From Limnohabitans sp. Jir61 (GTDB lineage: Bacteria > Pseudomonadota > Gammaproteobacteria > Burkholderiales > Burkholderiaceae_C), in assembly GCF_003063545.1 (NCBI RefSeq), contig NZ_NESD01000001.1, forward strand, positions 1,100,790-1,132,789: a stretch of 32,000 nucleotides of DNA, given 5' to 3'. Positions within the stretch are counted from its first letter, which is position 1. Every line of letters begins with the position of its first letter. The position numbers and the translations under genes are program-made. The notes beneath the pieces are model-generated. The model had not been told where the DNA came from. It searched no databases and was given only the letters and a program-made list of their open reading frames with translations. This document shows positions 1 to 10,020 of this stretch, piece after piece.

Positions 1-132
1 TGCGGATGGATCGAGCTTGTCGTGCAAATGCGCCATGTACAGCGCAGGCAAGAGTTTGCGAAACGACAAGTCGCCTGCGCCGCCAAAGATCACGATGTCC
101 AGCGTACCTGCTGGTGGATTGTTCTGTGTCAT
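1..132 (-). CDS. zwf: glucose-6-phosphate dehydrogenase, N-terminal fragment (continues beyond window start)
   Basis: The reverse strand from the ATG at 132-130 reads MTQNNPPAGTLDIVIFGGAGDLSFRKLLPALYMAHLHDKLDPSA with no stop before position 1. The FGGxGDLxxRKLLPALY segment is the characteristic NADP-binding N-terminus of Zwf. The start overlaps the hexR stop codon (ATGA). Confidence 0.8.
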   Translation of the reverse strand, partial: MTQNNPPAGTLDIVIFGGAGDLSFRKLLPALYMAHLHDKLDPSA

Positions 133-977
133 GAGTAACGTTTGTTGAGAAGGTTTTGTTTCATGTTGCGCAGCATGGGTTGCAGTTGCGTGCTACCAAT
201 GCGCAGTGCCACAGCGGTGGCTAACACGTCGACGATCATCAGGTGCAGCAAGCGCGACACCATGGGGCTAAATTTTTCGTAACTCTCGGGGTGATCAGCC
301 GCGAGGTGAATTTTTCCAACACTGGCCAGTGGGGAGCCAGAGGCAGTCACCACAATCGTGGTGGTACCGTTCTTTTTGGCAATCTCACACGAGTCGAGCA
401 AATCGCGTGTGCGGCCCGAGTTAGAGAACACCACCAAGCAGTCGCCAGGACCGAGTAACGAGGCGCTCATGATTTGCATGTGGCCATCGCTGTGCGAGAT
501 GGTGTGAAACCCAAGTCGGAAAAACTTGTGTTGAGCATCTTGCGCCACGATGCCTGAGTTGCCCACACCAAAAAACTCGAGGCGTTTGCCTTTTTTGTGG
601 GTCAGGGCGATGGCTTCGGCCGCTTTGTCAATTTGCGCCGACGAGGCATCGTTGCGGTATTTCAAAAATGCTGTGACGGTGTTGTCAATGACTTTGACCA
701 ACACATCGTTGCTCTTGTCTTGTGCGCCTACATTGCGGTGGATGAAGGGCACACCTTCGCTTAGGCTGCCTGCAAGCTTGAGCTTGAAATCACTCAGGCC
801 CTCATAGCCCATGCTGCGACAAAAGCGCACCACAGTAGGTTTGCTCACGCCAGCGCGGTCGGCTAGCTCAGTCACGGGCAGTGTCGAGAAGGTGCGCGGA
901 TCAGTGAGAAGAAGCTTGCCCACTCGCTGTTCGGCCGGGGCTAAAGACGACAGAGTCGATTTGATACGTTCCAACAT
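129..977 (-). CDS. hexR: RpiR/HexR-family transcriptional regulator (N-terminal HTH, C-terminal SIS domain)
   Basis: 282-aa ORF. The N-terminus (AEQRVGKLLLTDPRTFSTLPVTELADRAGVSKPTVVRFCRSMGYEGLSDFKLKLA) is a typical RpiR HTH. The SIS-like core includes RLEFFGVGNSGIVAQDAQHKFFRLG and VVFSNSGRT. A 4-nt overlap with zwf fits the usual hexR-zwf linkage. Confidence 0.85.
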   Translation of the reverse strand: MLERIKSTLSSLAPAEQRVGKLLLTDPRTFSTLPVTELADRAGVSKPTVVRFCRSMGYEGLSDFKLKLAGSLSEGVPFIHRNVGAQDKSNDVLVKVIDNTVTAFLKYRNDASSAQIDKAAEAIALTHKKGKRLEFFGVGNSGIVAQDAQHKFFRLGFHTISHSDGHMQIMSASLLGPGDCLVVFSNSGRTRDLLDSCEIAKKNGTTTIVVTASGSPLASVGKIHLAADHPESYEKFSPMVSRLLHLMIVDVLATAVALRIGSTQLQPMLRNMKQNLLNKRYS

Positions 978-986
978 GAACGTGAA

Positions 987-1023
987 TGTAACTTAGTTTC
1001 ATGTTTTATTCAACATGGTTACA
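987..1023. promoter_or_regulatory. nested inverted repeats just upstream of hexR (candidate operator)
   Basis: TGTAAC (987-992) pairs with GTTACA (1018-1023), enclosing CATGTT (1000-1005) paired with AACATG (1012-1017). The site lies 10-46 nt upstream of the hexR ATG. TGTA..TACA-type palindromes are the general form of HexR operators. Confidence 0.3.
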
Positions 1024-1052
1024 AACTTTTTTAGTCTGCTTATTTCAGTGCG

Positions 1053-2267
1053 TTAACCGAGGCTGTCTTGCTTGAGAAAAATGTCTTTGTCGGGAAAAAA
1101 TTGCGCGTGCAAGGGGAGCAATGCACCGCCCAATGCGCGGGCATGGTTACCCACGCGACCCGCCATGATCTGGGGTTGATGAATGCCGTCAAAACTGAAT
1201 TGCGCCAAGCTGGCTTCAGTTTGTTGAATCAGGGCTTGTAAAAGTTTGGGGTTGAGCGATCCGTCCATGATGATGGCATCAAGATCCAGCAACGCTGATG
1301 CACTGGTGGCGCTCATGGCTAAGGCTTTGGCAGCTTGCGAAAGCCAAGGCTGTGTGAACGTACTGAACTCGGGTTTCATGATGTCATCGTGCTGCACCAG
1401 AAGCGGGTCGTGACCGGCAGTCATCAGGGCTTGTTCTAGCTGCCACCCAGAGGCGAGTTGCAGCAACTGTGCGGGTGTATTGGCGTTGGCGCGTGTCCCC
1501 AAAGGCGGCAGTCCGATGGGCATTGAACCAATTGCGCCTGCGTTGCCACGAGGCCCGTTGACGATGTGTCCGTCCATCACCAAGCCGCCGCCTACGAACG
1601 TACCCACGTACACATACAAAAAATTAGGCACATCGCGGCCTAAGCCTTGTACCAACTCAGCTACACACGCTGCGGTGGTGTCTTTGGCAAATTCGACGGG
1701 CAGGGCAGACATGGCTTGCACTTCTTGCACCAGGTCGATGTGTTCCCAGTCGATCATGGCCTTTTGGGCTTTCTTGCCCATCAAGTCGCCCCATTCGTGC
1801 ATGGCCAGTGGTGCGCTCAAACCAATACCTACCGTGCGCTTCCATGCGTCCGCTCCCATGCGTTTTTGCATGAGCTTTAAACCCTCTTTGATTTTGGGTA
1901 ACACCTCGGCGGGCGATGGGTAGGGGTAAGTATGTTGCCACTGGTGGCGCATTTGGCCAAGGAAGTCGGTGACCACCACATCCAAGCTGCGGCGCCCCAC
2001 TTGCAAGCCTATGCTGTATGCGCCATCTGCGTTGATGGCCAGTGGTACCGAGGGCTGGCCAATCTTGCCGCGAATGCGTTCTTGCTTGATTAGCAAGCCA
2101 TCGTCCAACAGGCGGTTGACGATGATGGAGACAGTTTGTGAAAACAGTTGCGTTAGTCGTGCCAAGTCGGCTTTGGGTATCGCGCCTTCGTGACGAATGG
2201 CGCGCAACACTGTGCGCTCATTGAACTGGCGCATGCCGGTGTGGTTAGACCCACGCATTGTTTTCAT
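1053..2267 (-). CDS. ROK-family transcriptional regulator (NagC/XylR-like)
   Basis: 404-aa ORF. It has an N-terminal winged-HTH (RQFNERTVLRAIRHEGAIPKADLARLTQLFSQTVSIIVNRLLDDGLL) followed by ROK sugar-kinase-fold motifs (GIGLSAPL, YVYVGTFVGGGLVMDGHIVNGPRGNAGAIGSMP). Confidence 0.8.
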   Translation of the reverse strand: MKTMRGSNHTGMRQFNERTVLRAIRHEGAIPKADLARLTQLFSQTVSIIVNRLLDDGLLIKQERIRGKIGQPSVPLAINADGAYSIGLQVGRRSLDVVVTDFLGQMRHQWQHTYPYPSPAEVLPKIKEGLKLMQKRMGADAWKRTVGIGLSAPLAMHEWGDLMGKKAQKAMIDWEHIDLVQEVQAMSALPVEFAKDTTAACVAELVQGLGRDVPNFLYVYVGTFVGGGLVMDGHIVNGPRGNAGAIGSMPIGLPPLGTRANANTPAQLLQLASGWQLEQALMTAGHDPLLVQHDDIMKPEFSTFTQPWLSQAAKALAMSATSASALLDLDAIIMDGSLNPKLLQALIQQTEASLAQFSFDGIHQPQIMAGRVGNHARALGGALLPLHAQFFPDKDIFLKQDSLG

Positions 2268-2704
2268 AAAAGAATCACACCTTTGCAGAACATGGCATTG
2301 CCGTATGCAGTGCCTTCGCCGGTTTGAACAATCAAACTGGCAGCCTTGATTTTGTCGTAAAAGGCATACCGTTCGACTGCTTCGACTTGATTCGGCTCAA
2401 GACCTTCTTTTTTAACTAATTCGATTACAGAAATTTGCGCCGGTGTGCGGTGTTCGGTATGGCTGTGGCACACATGCATGACGGCTGCCGGTTGAGCAAC
2501 GTCGACAGCCAATGGAAAGACAGACAAAACTGCTTCGCTGACACGTTCCAAACTTAAGCCTGGTAAGCGCACCACAGGTTTTCCATGAGCCAAATAATCA
2601 GCTGTGAAGTTGGCATCCACCACGGCTACCCATTCGCCATGACCCATTGCGCTGAGATGCATCAGCAGCTCGGGCGAGAGGATGGGGTTGATTCCTTTGA
2701 GCAC
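2264..2704 (-). CDS. fucU: RbsD/FucU-family sugar mutarotase
   Basis: 146-aa ORF. MLKGINPILSPELLMHLSAMGHGEWVAVVDANF and the C-terminal YAFYDK...IVQTGE..AYGNAMFCKGV closely parallel E. coli FucU. It overlaps the start of the ROK gene by 4 nt, suggesting an operon. Confidence 0.8.
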   Translation of the reverse strand: MLKGINPILSPELLMHLSAMGHGEWVAVVDANFTADYLAHGKPVVRLPGLSLERVSEAVLSVFPLAVDVAQPAAVMHVCHSHTEHRTPAQISVIELVKKEGLEPNQVEAVERYAFYDKIKAASLIVQTGEGTAYGNAMFCKGVILL

Positions 2705-2882
2705 GATTCATCCTTTAATTTGTTGAAATTGATAGAGCCTCAAGGATGCCAAATTCTTGCTGATTTGACCCTTAGGGAATGTACTAACTAAACTAACTTG
2801 ATTTAGTAAGTCGAGTTATCTTACATTTAAGTCGCGGCGCAAAAGTGCGTCGGCGATGATTACCAACAACGTGGAGACCTTG

Positions 2883-3881
2883 ATGAAATTAAACACACCC
2901 AAATTGATGTTGACTGCATTGGCGCTGGCTGCAGGCAGTGCCTATGCGGCTGAGCCAGTGATCGGCTTGATCACCAAAACTGAAACCAACCCATTCTTTG
3001 TGAAGATGAAAGAGGGGGCTCAAGCCGAGGCTAAAAAACTCGGCGCCAAAGTGATGTCTGCCGCAGGCAAGACCGACGGTGACAACGCAGGCCAAGTCAC
3101 CGCCATGGAAAACATGATTGCTGCTGGTGCGAAAACTATTTTGATTACACCTAGCGACTCCAAAGCCATCGTGCCTGCGATCAAAAAAGCACAAGCACAA
3201 GGCGTGATGGTCATTGCATTAGATAGCCCAACCGAGCCAGCCAACGCTACTGACGCGCTGTTTGCGACAGACAACTACAAAGCAGGTGTGTTCATTGGTC
3301 AATACGCCAAGGCTGCTTTGAATGGCAAGAAGCCGGTCATCGCCACACTCGATTTGTTCCCAGGTCACCCTGTTGGTGCACAGCGCCACAATGGTTTCTT
3401 GCAAGGCTACGGTTTGACTTCACTTGACGCCAAGAGCAACGAGTTGGCTAAGCCAGCTGAAGTGGTCTGTATGGCCGACAGCTTTGGTGACCGCGCTAAA
3501 GGCCAAACTGGCATGGAAAACTGTTTGCAAAAGAATCCCAACATCAATGTGGTTTACACCATCAATGAACCTGCAGCTGCTGGTGCTTACAACGCACTCA
3601 AGGCCGCAGGCAAAGAGAAAGACGTGTTGATCGTGTCTGTGGATGGTGGCTGCGCTGGCATCAAAGACGTGGGTGCTGGCGTAATCGCAGCGACATCACA
3701 GCAATACCCCTTGCGCATGGCCGCCATGGGTGTTGCTGCCGGCGTGGAGTACGCCAAAACAGGCAAGAAGGTCAGCGGCTACACCGACACAGGTGTGACC
3801 TTGATTGCAGCCAAGCCTATGAAAGGCGTGGACAGCAAAGACGTGAAAACTGGCACTGACCTGTGCTGGGGCAATAAGTAA
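2883..3881 (+). CDS. monosaccharide ABC transporter periplasmic substrate-binding protein (CUT2, ribose/fructose-binding type)
   Basis: The track ORF is 2856-3881. I prefer the ATG at 2883 because GGAGA (2873-2877) sits 5 nt upstream. It has a signal peptide MKLNTPKLMLTALALAAGSAYA/AEP and a type-I periplasmic binding fold (IGLITKTETNPFFVKMKEGAQ..., VYTINEPAAAGAYNALKAAGK). Confidence 0.85.
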   Translation: MKLNTPKLMLTALALAAGSAYAAEPVIGLITKTETNPFFVKMKEGAQAEAKKLGAKVMSAAGKTDGDNAGQVTAMENMIAAGAKTILITPSDSKAIVPAIKKAQAQGVMVIALDSPTEPANATDALFATDNYKAGVFIGQYAKAALNGKKPVIATLDLFPGHPVGAQRHNGFLQGYGLTSLDAKSNELAKPAEVVCMADSFGDRAKGQTGMENCLQKNPNINVVYTINEPAAAGAYNALKAAGKEKDVLIVSVDGGCAGIKDVGAGVIAATSQQYPLRMAAMGVAAGVEYAKTGKKVSGYTDTGVTLIAAKPMKGVDSKDVKTGTDLCWGNK

Positions 3882-3901
3882 AGCCTAGGCTCTACTTGCA
3901 C

Positions 3902-3931
3902 GAGGGGGCCGTGTGGCCCCCTCCGGTTTTT
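3902..3931 (+). terminator. intra-operon rho-independent terminator/attenuator after the binding-protein gene
   Basis: GAGGGGGCC (3902-3910), loop GTGT, GGCCCCCTC (3915-3923), then CGGTTTTT. This is a perfect 9-bp GC-rich stem followed by a T-run, a common way of over-expressing the binding protein relative to the permease and ATPase. Confidence 0.6.
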
Positions 3932-3951
3932 AAACAAGAAAAAGTCATCGT

Positions 3952-4911
3952 ATGAATTCCTTCAAAGACAAGCTTCCGCCTATGGGCACGCTTGGCCCCC
4001 TGATTGCACTGGTGTTGGCCTGTGTATTTTTTGCTAGCCAAAGCGACCGTTTTTTGAGCACTCAAAATTTCTCGCTCATCTTGGCTCAAGTCATGGTGGT
4101 GGGTGTCATTGCGATTGGCCAAACTCTCATCATCTTGACCGCTGGTATTGACTTGTCGTGTGGCATGGTCATGGCACTGGGCGGCATTGTGATGACCAAA
4201 TTTGCATCGGACTATGGGCTTTCAACGCCTGTTGCGATGTCGTGTGGGTTGTTGGTGACAACTGCTTTTGGTTACTTGAACGGCGTGCTGGTGACGCGCA
4301 TCAAATTGCCACCCTTCATCGTGACCTTGGGCACTTTGAACATTGCCTTTGCCATCACACAGCTTTACTCAGGCTCGCAAACTGTGACTGATATTCCTGC
4401 GGGCATGACGTGGTTGGGCAACACGTTTAGCTTTGGCAGCGCCTCGGTCAGCTATGGTGTGGTAATGATGCTTGGCCTTTATCTCTTTACTTGGTTTGCA
4501 TTGCGCGAAACCGCAGCAGGCCGGCATGTGTATGCCGTGGGCAACAGCCCAGAGGCCACACGTTTGACAGGTATCCCTACCGAGAAAGTGTTGTTGGGTG
4601 TGTATGTGTTGGCAGGGCTTTGCTATGGCATTGCTGCCATGCTAGGTGTGGCACGCACGGGTGCGGGCGACCCCAATGCTGGACAAACCGAAAACTTAGA
4701 CGCCATCACTGCTGTGGTGTTGGGCGGTACCAGTTTGTTTGGTGGCCGAGGCATCGTGTTGGGTACCTTGGTGGGCGCTTTGATTGTGGGCGTGTTTCGT
4801 AACGGTCTCACGCTTATGGGGGTGTCATCGGTTTATCAAATTTTGGTCACAGGTATTTTGGTGATCTTGGCCGTGGCCACAGATCAACTCTCACGCAAGG
4901 GAGCACGCTAA
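3952..4911 (+). CDS. sugar ABC transporter permease (CUT2/RbsC-type)
   Basis: 319-aa, highly hydrophobic multi-TM ORF. Its motifs are typical of RbsC/FrcC-like permeases (GIDLSCG, VVLGGTSLFGGRG, GVFRNGLTLMGV). Confidence 0.85.
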   Translation: MNSFKDKLPPMGTLGPLIALVLACVFFASQSDRFLSTQNFSLILAQVMVVGVIAIGQTLIILTAGIDLSCGMVMALGGIVMTKFASDYGLSTPVAMSCGLLVTTAFGYLNGVLVTRIKLPPFIVTLGTLNIAFAITQLYSGSQTVTDIPAGMTWLGNTFSFGSASVSYGVVMMLGLYLFTWFALRETAAGRHVYAVGNSPEATRLTGIPTEKVLLGVYVLAGLCYGIAAMLGVARTGAGDPNAGQTENLDAITAVVLGGTSLFGGRGIVLGTLVGALIVGVFRNGLTLMGVSSVYQILVTGILVILAVATDQLSRKGAR

Positions 4912-4913
4912 TC

Positions 4914-5708
4914 ATGAGCGGCACACAACACACCATCGTCATGCAAGCCAAGGGCTTGGTAAAACGGTATGGCCAAGTCACAGCCTTAGACGGAGCAGAT
5001 TTTGAGCTGCGAGCGGGTGAAATATTGGCTGTCATTGGAGACAACGGCGCTGGAAAATCGTCACTCATCAAATGTTTATCGGGTGCGACCGTGCCTGATG
5101 AGGGTGTGATTTCTTTAGATGGCAATCCCATCCTCTTCAAATCGCCCATTGATGCACGTCGTGCGGGCATTGAGACTGTGTACCAAGATTTGGCGGTTGC
5201 GCCTGCGATGAGCATCGCCGAGAATCTATTTTTAGGCCGCGAAATTCGCCGACCTGGTTTTGCCGGCAATGTGCTGCGCATGCTGGATAAAAAACGAATG
5301 CTGCAAGAGAGCATCGAGCGCATGAATGACCTTAAGGTTGGCATTCGTTCGATGACGCAAGCGGTGGAAACTTTGTCGGGCGGTCAGCGCCAATGCGTGG
5401 CCGTGTCGCGTGCTGCTGCTTTTGCACAGCATGTGGTCATCATGGATGAACCAACTGCCGCATTGGGTGTCAAAGAGGGCAATATGGTGCTTGAGCTGAT
5501 TCGCCGAGTTCGCGACAAAGGCCTACCTGTGGTGCTGATTTCGCACAACATGCCTCATGTGTTTGAGATTGCAGACCGCATTCACGTGGCGCGCTTAGGC
5601 AAACGCGCGGCTGTGTTGAACCCTAAAAAAATCAGCATGAGCGACACCGTGGCGGTGATGACGGGTGCCATGAAGCCCGAAGACATTCCTGCGGAGTGTT
5701 TGGCTTGA
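4914..5708 (+). CDS. sugar ABC transporter ATP-binding protein (single ABC domain, FrcA-like)
   Basis: 264 aa with Walker A GDNGAGKSS, ABC signature LSGGQRQ and Walker B VVIMDEPTAAL. The single-cassette length is characteristic of FrcA-type CUT2 ATPases rather than the duplicated RbsA type. Confidence 0.9.
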   Translation: MSGTQHTIVMQAKGLVKRYGQVTALDGADFELRAGEILAVIGDNGAGKSSLIKCLSGATVPDEGVISLDGNPILFKSPIDARRAGIETVYQDLAVAPAMSIAENLFLGREIRRPGFAGNVLRMLDKKRMLQESIERMNDLKVGIRSMTQAVETLSGGQRQCVAVSRAAAFAQHVVIMDEPTAALGVKEGNMVLELIRRVRDKGLPVVLISHNMPHVFEIADRIHVARLGKRAAVLNPKKISMSDTVAVMTGAMKPEDIPAECLA

Positions 5709-6667
5709 GCGTAGCTAAACACACAGCACCAGATCATCCACCGGTGTGGGTGCTTGGCGAGGCCTTGATGGACTGCATCGCGCAGCCCGACGGCTCGTTA
5801 GTACCCCACTTGGGTGGCAGTCCATATAACTTGGCCTGCGCCACTGCTTTGCAGAGCGCTTCTGTTGGGTTTATCGCGCCTTTCTCAACGGATGCATTTG
5901 GCCAAGCCTTGCTCGACCATTTACAAGCTAACCATGCGCGCAGCTTGTTGGCGCGATCTGCATTGCCCACCTCACTTGCAGTCGTGCAAGTGCATGAGGG
6001 GCAACCTACCTATGGTTTTTACCGTGAAAACGTGGCCGATCGTGACTACCAAGTGGCCGATGTGGTGGCTATGCTGGAGGCATCGCCGCCTGGTGTGCTG
6101 CACACTGGCTCGCTCATGGCCATGCCGCCCGAGCATCACAAGGTGTTGCAAATCATTGCTGCTGCCAAGCGTTTGGGGTGGGTCATCAGCATAGATGTGA
6201 ACTTACGTCCCCACGTAGCCAGCGATGTATCCGCGTATTTACAAGCGGTGCGTGAAGTGGCCGCTTTTGCCGATTGGTTTAAAGCCAGTGACGAAGATTT
6301 AGAACTATTGGGCTTTGCAGATGTGACTTTGGCCAATGCCTCAGCCTTGGCCGCGCACTGGATGGCGCAAGGTTGCACACGTGTGGCGTTGACCTTTGGT
6401 GCGCAAGGCGCTTATTTGCAAGTGGACGATGCCAACGCGCAAGGTGCAGCACCTGTGGTGGATGTCAAAGACACCGTCGGCGCAGGTGATACCTTTTGGG
6501 GCACTTGCTTGGCGGATTGGGTGTTGCACAACACTTTGAACAACGCTGGCGTTGCTGCAAAGCGTGTGCCTCAAACTTTGCAACGCGCCTTGGTGGCTGC
6601 CGCTATCAATTGCAGTCGTGTAGGGTGCCAACCACCCGATGTGGCGACCTTAGACGCTGCGCTGTAG
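5696..6667 (+). CDS. PfkB-family carbohydrate kinase (fructokinase-like)
   Basis: The ORF has an N-terminal VWVLGEALMDCI segment and the PfkB signature DTVGAGDTFWG near the C-terminus. The start is uncertain: the GTG at 5696 overlaps the ATPase stop, and the GTG at 5744 is an alternative. Confidence 0.75.
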   Translation: MFGLSVAKHTAPDHPPVWVLGEALMDCIAQPDGSLVPHLGGSPYNLACATALQSASVGFIAPFSTDAFGQALLDHLQANHARSLLARSALPTSLAVVQVHEGQPTYGFYRENVADRDYQVADVVAMLEASPPGVLHTGSLMAMPPEHHKVLQIIAAAKRLGWVISIDVNLRPHVASDVSAYLQAVREVAAFADWFKASDEDLELLGFADVTLANASALAAHWMAQGCTRVALTFGAQGAYLQVDDANAQGAAPVVDVKDTVGAGDTFWGTCLADWVLHNTLNNAGVAAKRVPQTLQRALVAAAINCSRVGCQPPDVATLDAAL

Positions 6668-6739
6668 CGCTTGTCATCGTCTCGGCGAGAATGTGCAGAT
6701 TCTTGATTCGCCACAAACCAGTTTTCGCACCTTCGGACC

Positions 6740-7564
6740 ATGTCCCAACCCAATACTTCATCCACGATAGCGAGCCCGTTTCAGGGCGCTATTGGCGTGT
6801 TTGACTCGGGTGTGGGCGGCCTGTCCGTCTTGCGTGCCATTCGTGCTGCTTTGCCGCATGAACATTTGGTTTACGTCGCTGACTCTGGTCACGCACCGTA
6901 TGGCGACCAATCTGAAGCGCACATCACCGAGCGCACGCTCACCGTGGGCAACTGGTTGGCCGAGCAGGGCGTGAAGGGCATCACCATCGCTTGCAACACG
7001 GCCACGGTGGTGGCTGCCAAAACCTTGCGCGACCAAACGCACTTGCCTGTGGTGGCGATTGAGCCCGCCATCAAACCCGCTGTGGCCCTCACGCGCAGCG
7101 GCGTGGTGGGTGTGTTGGCCACGCGTCAAACGGTGCAAAGCGCATCGGTGGCAAGGTTGGTTGAGCTGTATGGCGCAGACAAACGAATCTTGCTGCAAGG
7201 CTGCCCTGGACTTGTTGAGCAGGTTGAGCGTGCTGATTTGCACAGCGTCGAGACCGAGGCCTTACTGCGCCAATTCATCACGCCGTTGATTGAGAAGGGC
7301 GCAGACACCTTGGTGTTGGGCTGCACGCATTACCCCTTTTTGCGCGACACCATTCAGCGCGTGGCGGGCGAGGGCGTGACCCTGCTTGACCCCGCCGAAG
7401 CTGTGGCCCGCGAGCTTGCCCGCCGTTTGGCTGACACTGGGAGCTTGTCTAACCCAGCGCAGCAAGGAAACGTGCAGTTTTTTACCTCGGGCGATGTGGC
7501 GCAGGCGCAAGCCGTCATGTCCCATCTGTGGGACGCACCGCTCTCGGTGCAGGCGCTGCCCTGA
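6740..7564 (+). CDS. murI: glutamate racemase
   Basis: 274 aa. The motifs GVFDSGVGGLSVL, IACNTATV and LVLGCTHYPFL contain the two catalytic-Cys motifs of MurI. Confidence 0.9.
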   Translation: MSQPNTSSTIASPFQGAIGVFDSGVGGLSVLRAIRAALPHEHLVYVADSGHAPYGDQSEAHITERTLTVGNWLAEQGVKGITIACNTATVVAAKTLRDQTHLPVVAIEPAIKPAVALTRSGVVGVLATRQTVQSASVARLVELYGADKRILLQGCPGLVEQVERADLHSVETEALLRQFITPLIEKGADTLVLGCTHYPFLRDTIQRVAGEGVTLLDPAEAVARELARRLADTGSLSNPAQQGNVQFFTSGDVAQAQAVMSHLWDAPLSVQALP

Positions 7565-7627
7565 ACGCTTGGGACGATAGCCCCTAAAACCCGAAGGGAA
7601 GGGGCTAACCCTTACACTTAGGCGCTC

Positions 7628-9982
7628 ATGAATGCTTACGCCGACGTCTCCCTTTTTCCCCGCAACGCCAAGCCGCTGAACAGTTATCGCAAGTACTGGG
7701 CAGCCCGTTTTGGCACGGCCCCGTTTTTGCCGATGTCGCGCGAGGAAATGACACAACTCGGCTGGGACAGCTGCGACATCATCATCGTCACGGGCGACGC
7801 TTACGTAGACCACCCCAGCTTTGGCATGGCCGTGATTGGCCGCATGCTTGAGAACCAAGGTTTTCGCGTGGGCATCATCGCTCAGCCTGATTGGCAAAGT
7901 GCTGACCCCTTCAAGGCGCTTGGCAAACCGAACCTGTTTTTTGGCGTGACCGCCGGCAACATGGATTCGATGATCAACCGTTACACCGCGGACCGAAAAA
8001 TTCGCAGTGATGACGCTTACACCGCGGGCGACATCGGCGGCAAGCGTCCTGACCGCGCAGCCCTTGTCTACAGCCAACGCTGCAAAGAAGCCTACAACGA
8101 TGTGCCTATCGTTTTGGGCGGCATTGAAGGCTCGCTGCGCCGCATTGCCCATTACGACTATTGGTCAGACAAAGTGCGTCGCTCCATCGTGGTGGATAGC
8201 AAGTGCGATTTGCTGCTGTACGGCAACGCCGAACGTGCCATTGTGGAAATTGCGCACCGTTTGGCCGCCAAAGAACCCGTGCAAAACATCACCGATGTGC
8301 GCGGCACGGCCTTTGTGCGCCGCGAAACGCCTGAAGGTTGGTTTGAAATTGACTCGTCCAGCATTGATGTGCCGGGCAGGGTAGAGGCCCACGTCAACCC
8401 ATATTTGATGGTCAGCGACCAAGCCAAAGCGCAAGGCGAAACTTGCGCGCGCGAAGAGGAAGCCAATGCGGTGGCGGATGCGGCCAATGCCAAAGCAGGC
8501 AGTGCGCTCTCAGGTTCTAAAGCTGAGGCTGGCTTCACCATTTCCCCTTTGAACTTCGTGGCCAACGCTGCATTGCAAGGCAAAGGCAAACTCAAAGTGC
8601 CACCGCGTGAACGCAGCGTCATTCGTTTGCCAGCGTACGAGCAAGTCAAGTCAGACCCAGTGCTGTATGCGCATGCCAACCGTGTGTTGCACTTAGAAAC
8701 CAACCCAGGTAACGCCCGTGCCTTGGTGCAAGCTCATGGGGAAGGTCATACCGCACGGGATGTGTGGGTCACGCCGCCCCCTATCCCGTTGACCACGGCT
8801 GAGATGGACTTGGTGTTTGACTTGCCTTACGCCCGAAGCCCGCATCCGATTTACGCGGACGAGAACGGCAGCCACGACGGCGCTACCAAAATTCCCGCTT
8901 GGGAGATGATTCGCTTCAGCGTCAACATCATGCGTGGTTGTTTTGGCGGTTGTACGTTTTGCTCGATCACAGAGCACGAAGGCCGCATCATTCAAAGCCG
9001 CAGCGAAGACTCGATCATTCGCGAGATTGAAGACATCCGTGACAAAGTGCCGGGCTTCACGGGCGTCATTTCAGACCTCGGTGGCCCCACGGCCAATATG
9101 TACCGCATCGGCTGCAAAAGCCCTGAGATTGAGTCGGCATGTCGCAAGCCGAGCTGCGTGTACCCAGGCATTTGCCAAAACCTCAACACCGACCACAGCT
9201 CGCTCATTCACATGTACCGCCGTGCGCGTGAATTGAAGGGTGTGAAGAAAATTTTGATTGGTTCGGGCCTGCGTTACGACTTGGCCGTTCAGTCGCCCGA
9301 GTATGTGAAAGAGCTGGTGCAACACCATGTGGGCGGCTACCTCAAAATCGCGCCTGAACACACCGAGGGCGGGCCGCTGTCCAAGATGATGAAGCCCGGC
9401 ATTGGCAGCTACGACAAGTTCAAACAGATGTTTGACAAGTACAGCGCCGAAGTTGGCAAGAAGCAATTCCTCGTGCCGTATTTCATCGCCGCCCACCCCG
9501 GCACCAGCGACGAAGACATGATGAACTTGGCCCTGTGGCTCAAGCGCAATGGTTTCAGAGCTGACCAAGTACAAACCTTCTACCCCAGCCCTATGGCCAC
9601 GGCTACGGCCATGTACCACTCAGGCCGCAACCCTTTGGGCCGCGTGACGCGCACCAGCGAGAGCGTGGACATCGTGCGCGGCGAACGCCGCCGTCGATTG
9701 CACAAAGCCTTTTTGCGCTACCACGATGCAAACAACTGGCCTTTGTTGCGCGAAGCCTTGAAGTCCATGGGTCGTGCCGATCTCATTGGCAACGGCAAGC
9801 AGCATTTGATTCCTACCTTCCAGCCGTTAACTGATGGCGGTTACACCAGTGCGCGTCGTAAGAACAGCACGGCTACGCCTACTAAGGGCCGTGTTCTCAC
9901 GCAGCACACAGGCTTGCCACCACGCGTGAAAGGCGCAGGCAAACCCAGCGCAAATGTTGCCAAGCGCAAACCTAACCGTTGA
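7628..9982 (+). CDS. ygiQ: YgiQ-family radical SAM protein (UPF0313)
   Basis: 784 aa. It has the radical-SAM CxxxCxxC cluster motif in [20 protein letters not shown], a conserved N-terminal YgiQ-type region ([36 protein letters not shown]) and a basic C-terminal tail. Confidence 0.85.
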   Translation: MNAYADVSLFPRNAKPLNSYRKYWAARFGTAPFLPMSREEMTQLGWDSCDIIIVTGDAYVDHPSFGMAVIGRMLENQGFRVGIIAQPDWQSADPFKALGKPNLFFGVTAGNMDSMINRYTADRKIRSDDAYTAGDIGGKRPDRAALVYSQRCKEAYNDVPIVLGGIEGSLRRIAHYDYWSDKVRRSIVVDSKCDLLLYGNAERAIVEIAHRLAAKEPVQNITDVRGTAFVRRETPEGWFEIDSSSIDVPGRVEAHVNPYLMVSDQAKAQGETCAREEEANAVADAANAKAGSALSGSKAEAGFTISPLNFVANAALQGKGKLKVPPRERSVIRLPAYEQVKSDPVLYAHANRVLHLETNPGNARALVQAHGEGHTARDVWVTPPPIPLTTAEMDLVFDLPYARSPHPIYADENGSHDGATKIPAWEMIRFSVNIMRGCFGGCTFCSITEHEGRIIQSRSEDSIIREIEDIRDKVPGFTGVISDLGGPTANMYRIGCKSPEIESACRKPSCVYPGICQNLNTDHSSLIHMYRRARELKGVKKILIGSGLRYDLAVQSPEYVKELVQHHVGGYLKIAPEHTEGGPLSKMMKPGIGSYDKFKQMFDKYSAEVGKKQFLVPYFIAAHPGTSDEDMMNLALWLKRNGFRADQVQTFYPSPMATATAMYHSGRNPLGRVTRTSESVDIVRGERRRRLHKAFLRYHDANNWPLLREALKSMGRADLIGNGKQHLIPTFQPLTDGGYTSARRKNSTATPTKGRVLTQHTGLPPRVKGAGKPSANVAKRKPNR

Positions 9983-10020
9983 TGAGAAAGAGTTGAGCGA
10001 GATCCGCTCAGACAAGTGAG

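Noticed and set aside
7262-8152. 296-aa minus-strand ORF spanning the murI 3' end, the intergenic region and the ygiQ 5' end
   Set aside because: It is antisense to two genes with strong family signatures. Its Arg/Ala/Gly/His-rich composition is typical of spurious open frames opposite GC-rich coding sequence. It has no recognisable motif.
8158-9619. Several 89-182-aa minus-strand ORFs inside ygiQ (8158-8703, 8165-8434, 8693-8995, 9071-9619)
   Set aside because: They are antisense or alternative-frame ORFs within a well-supported 784-aa radical-SAM gene, which is an expected artefact of GC-rich coding DNA.
9983-10020. Looked for ssrA (tmRNA) next to smpB, and for tRNA genes at the island junction (16981-17141) and in island gaps
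   Set aside because: The gaps are too short or lack tRNA-like features (no GGTTCGAATCC-type T-arm and no acceptor/CCA context). The island sits at a protein-gene 3' end instead.
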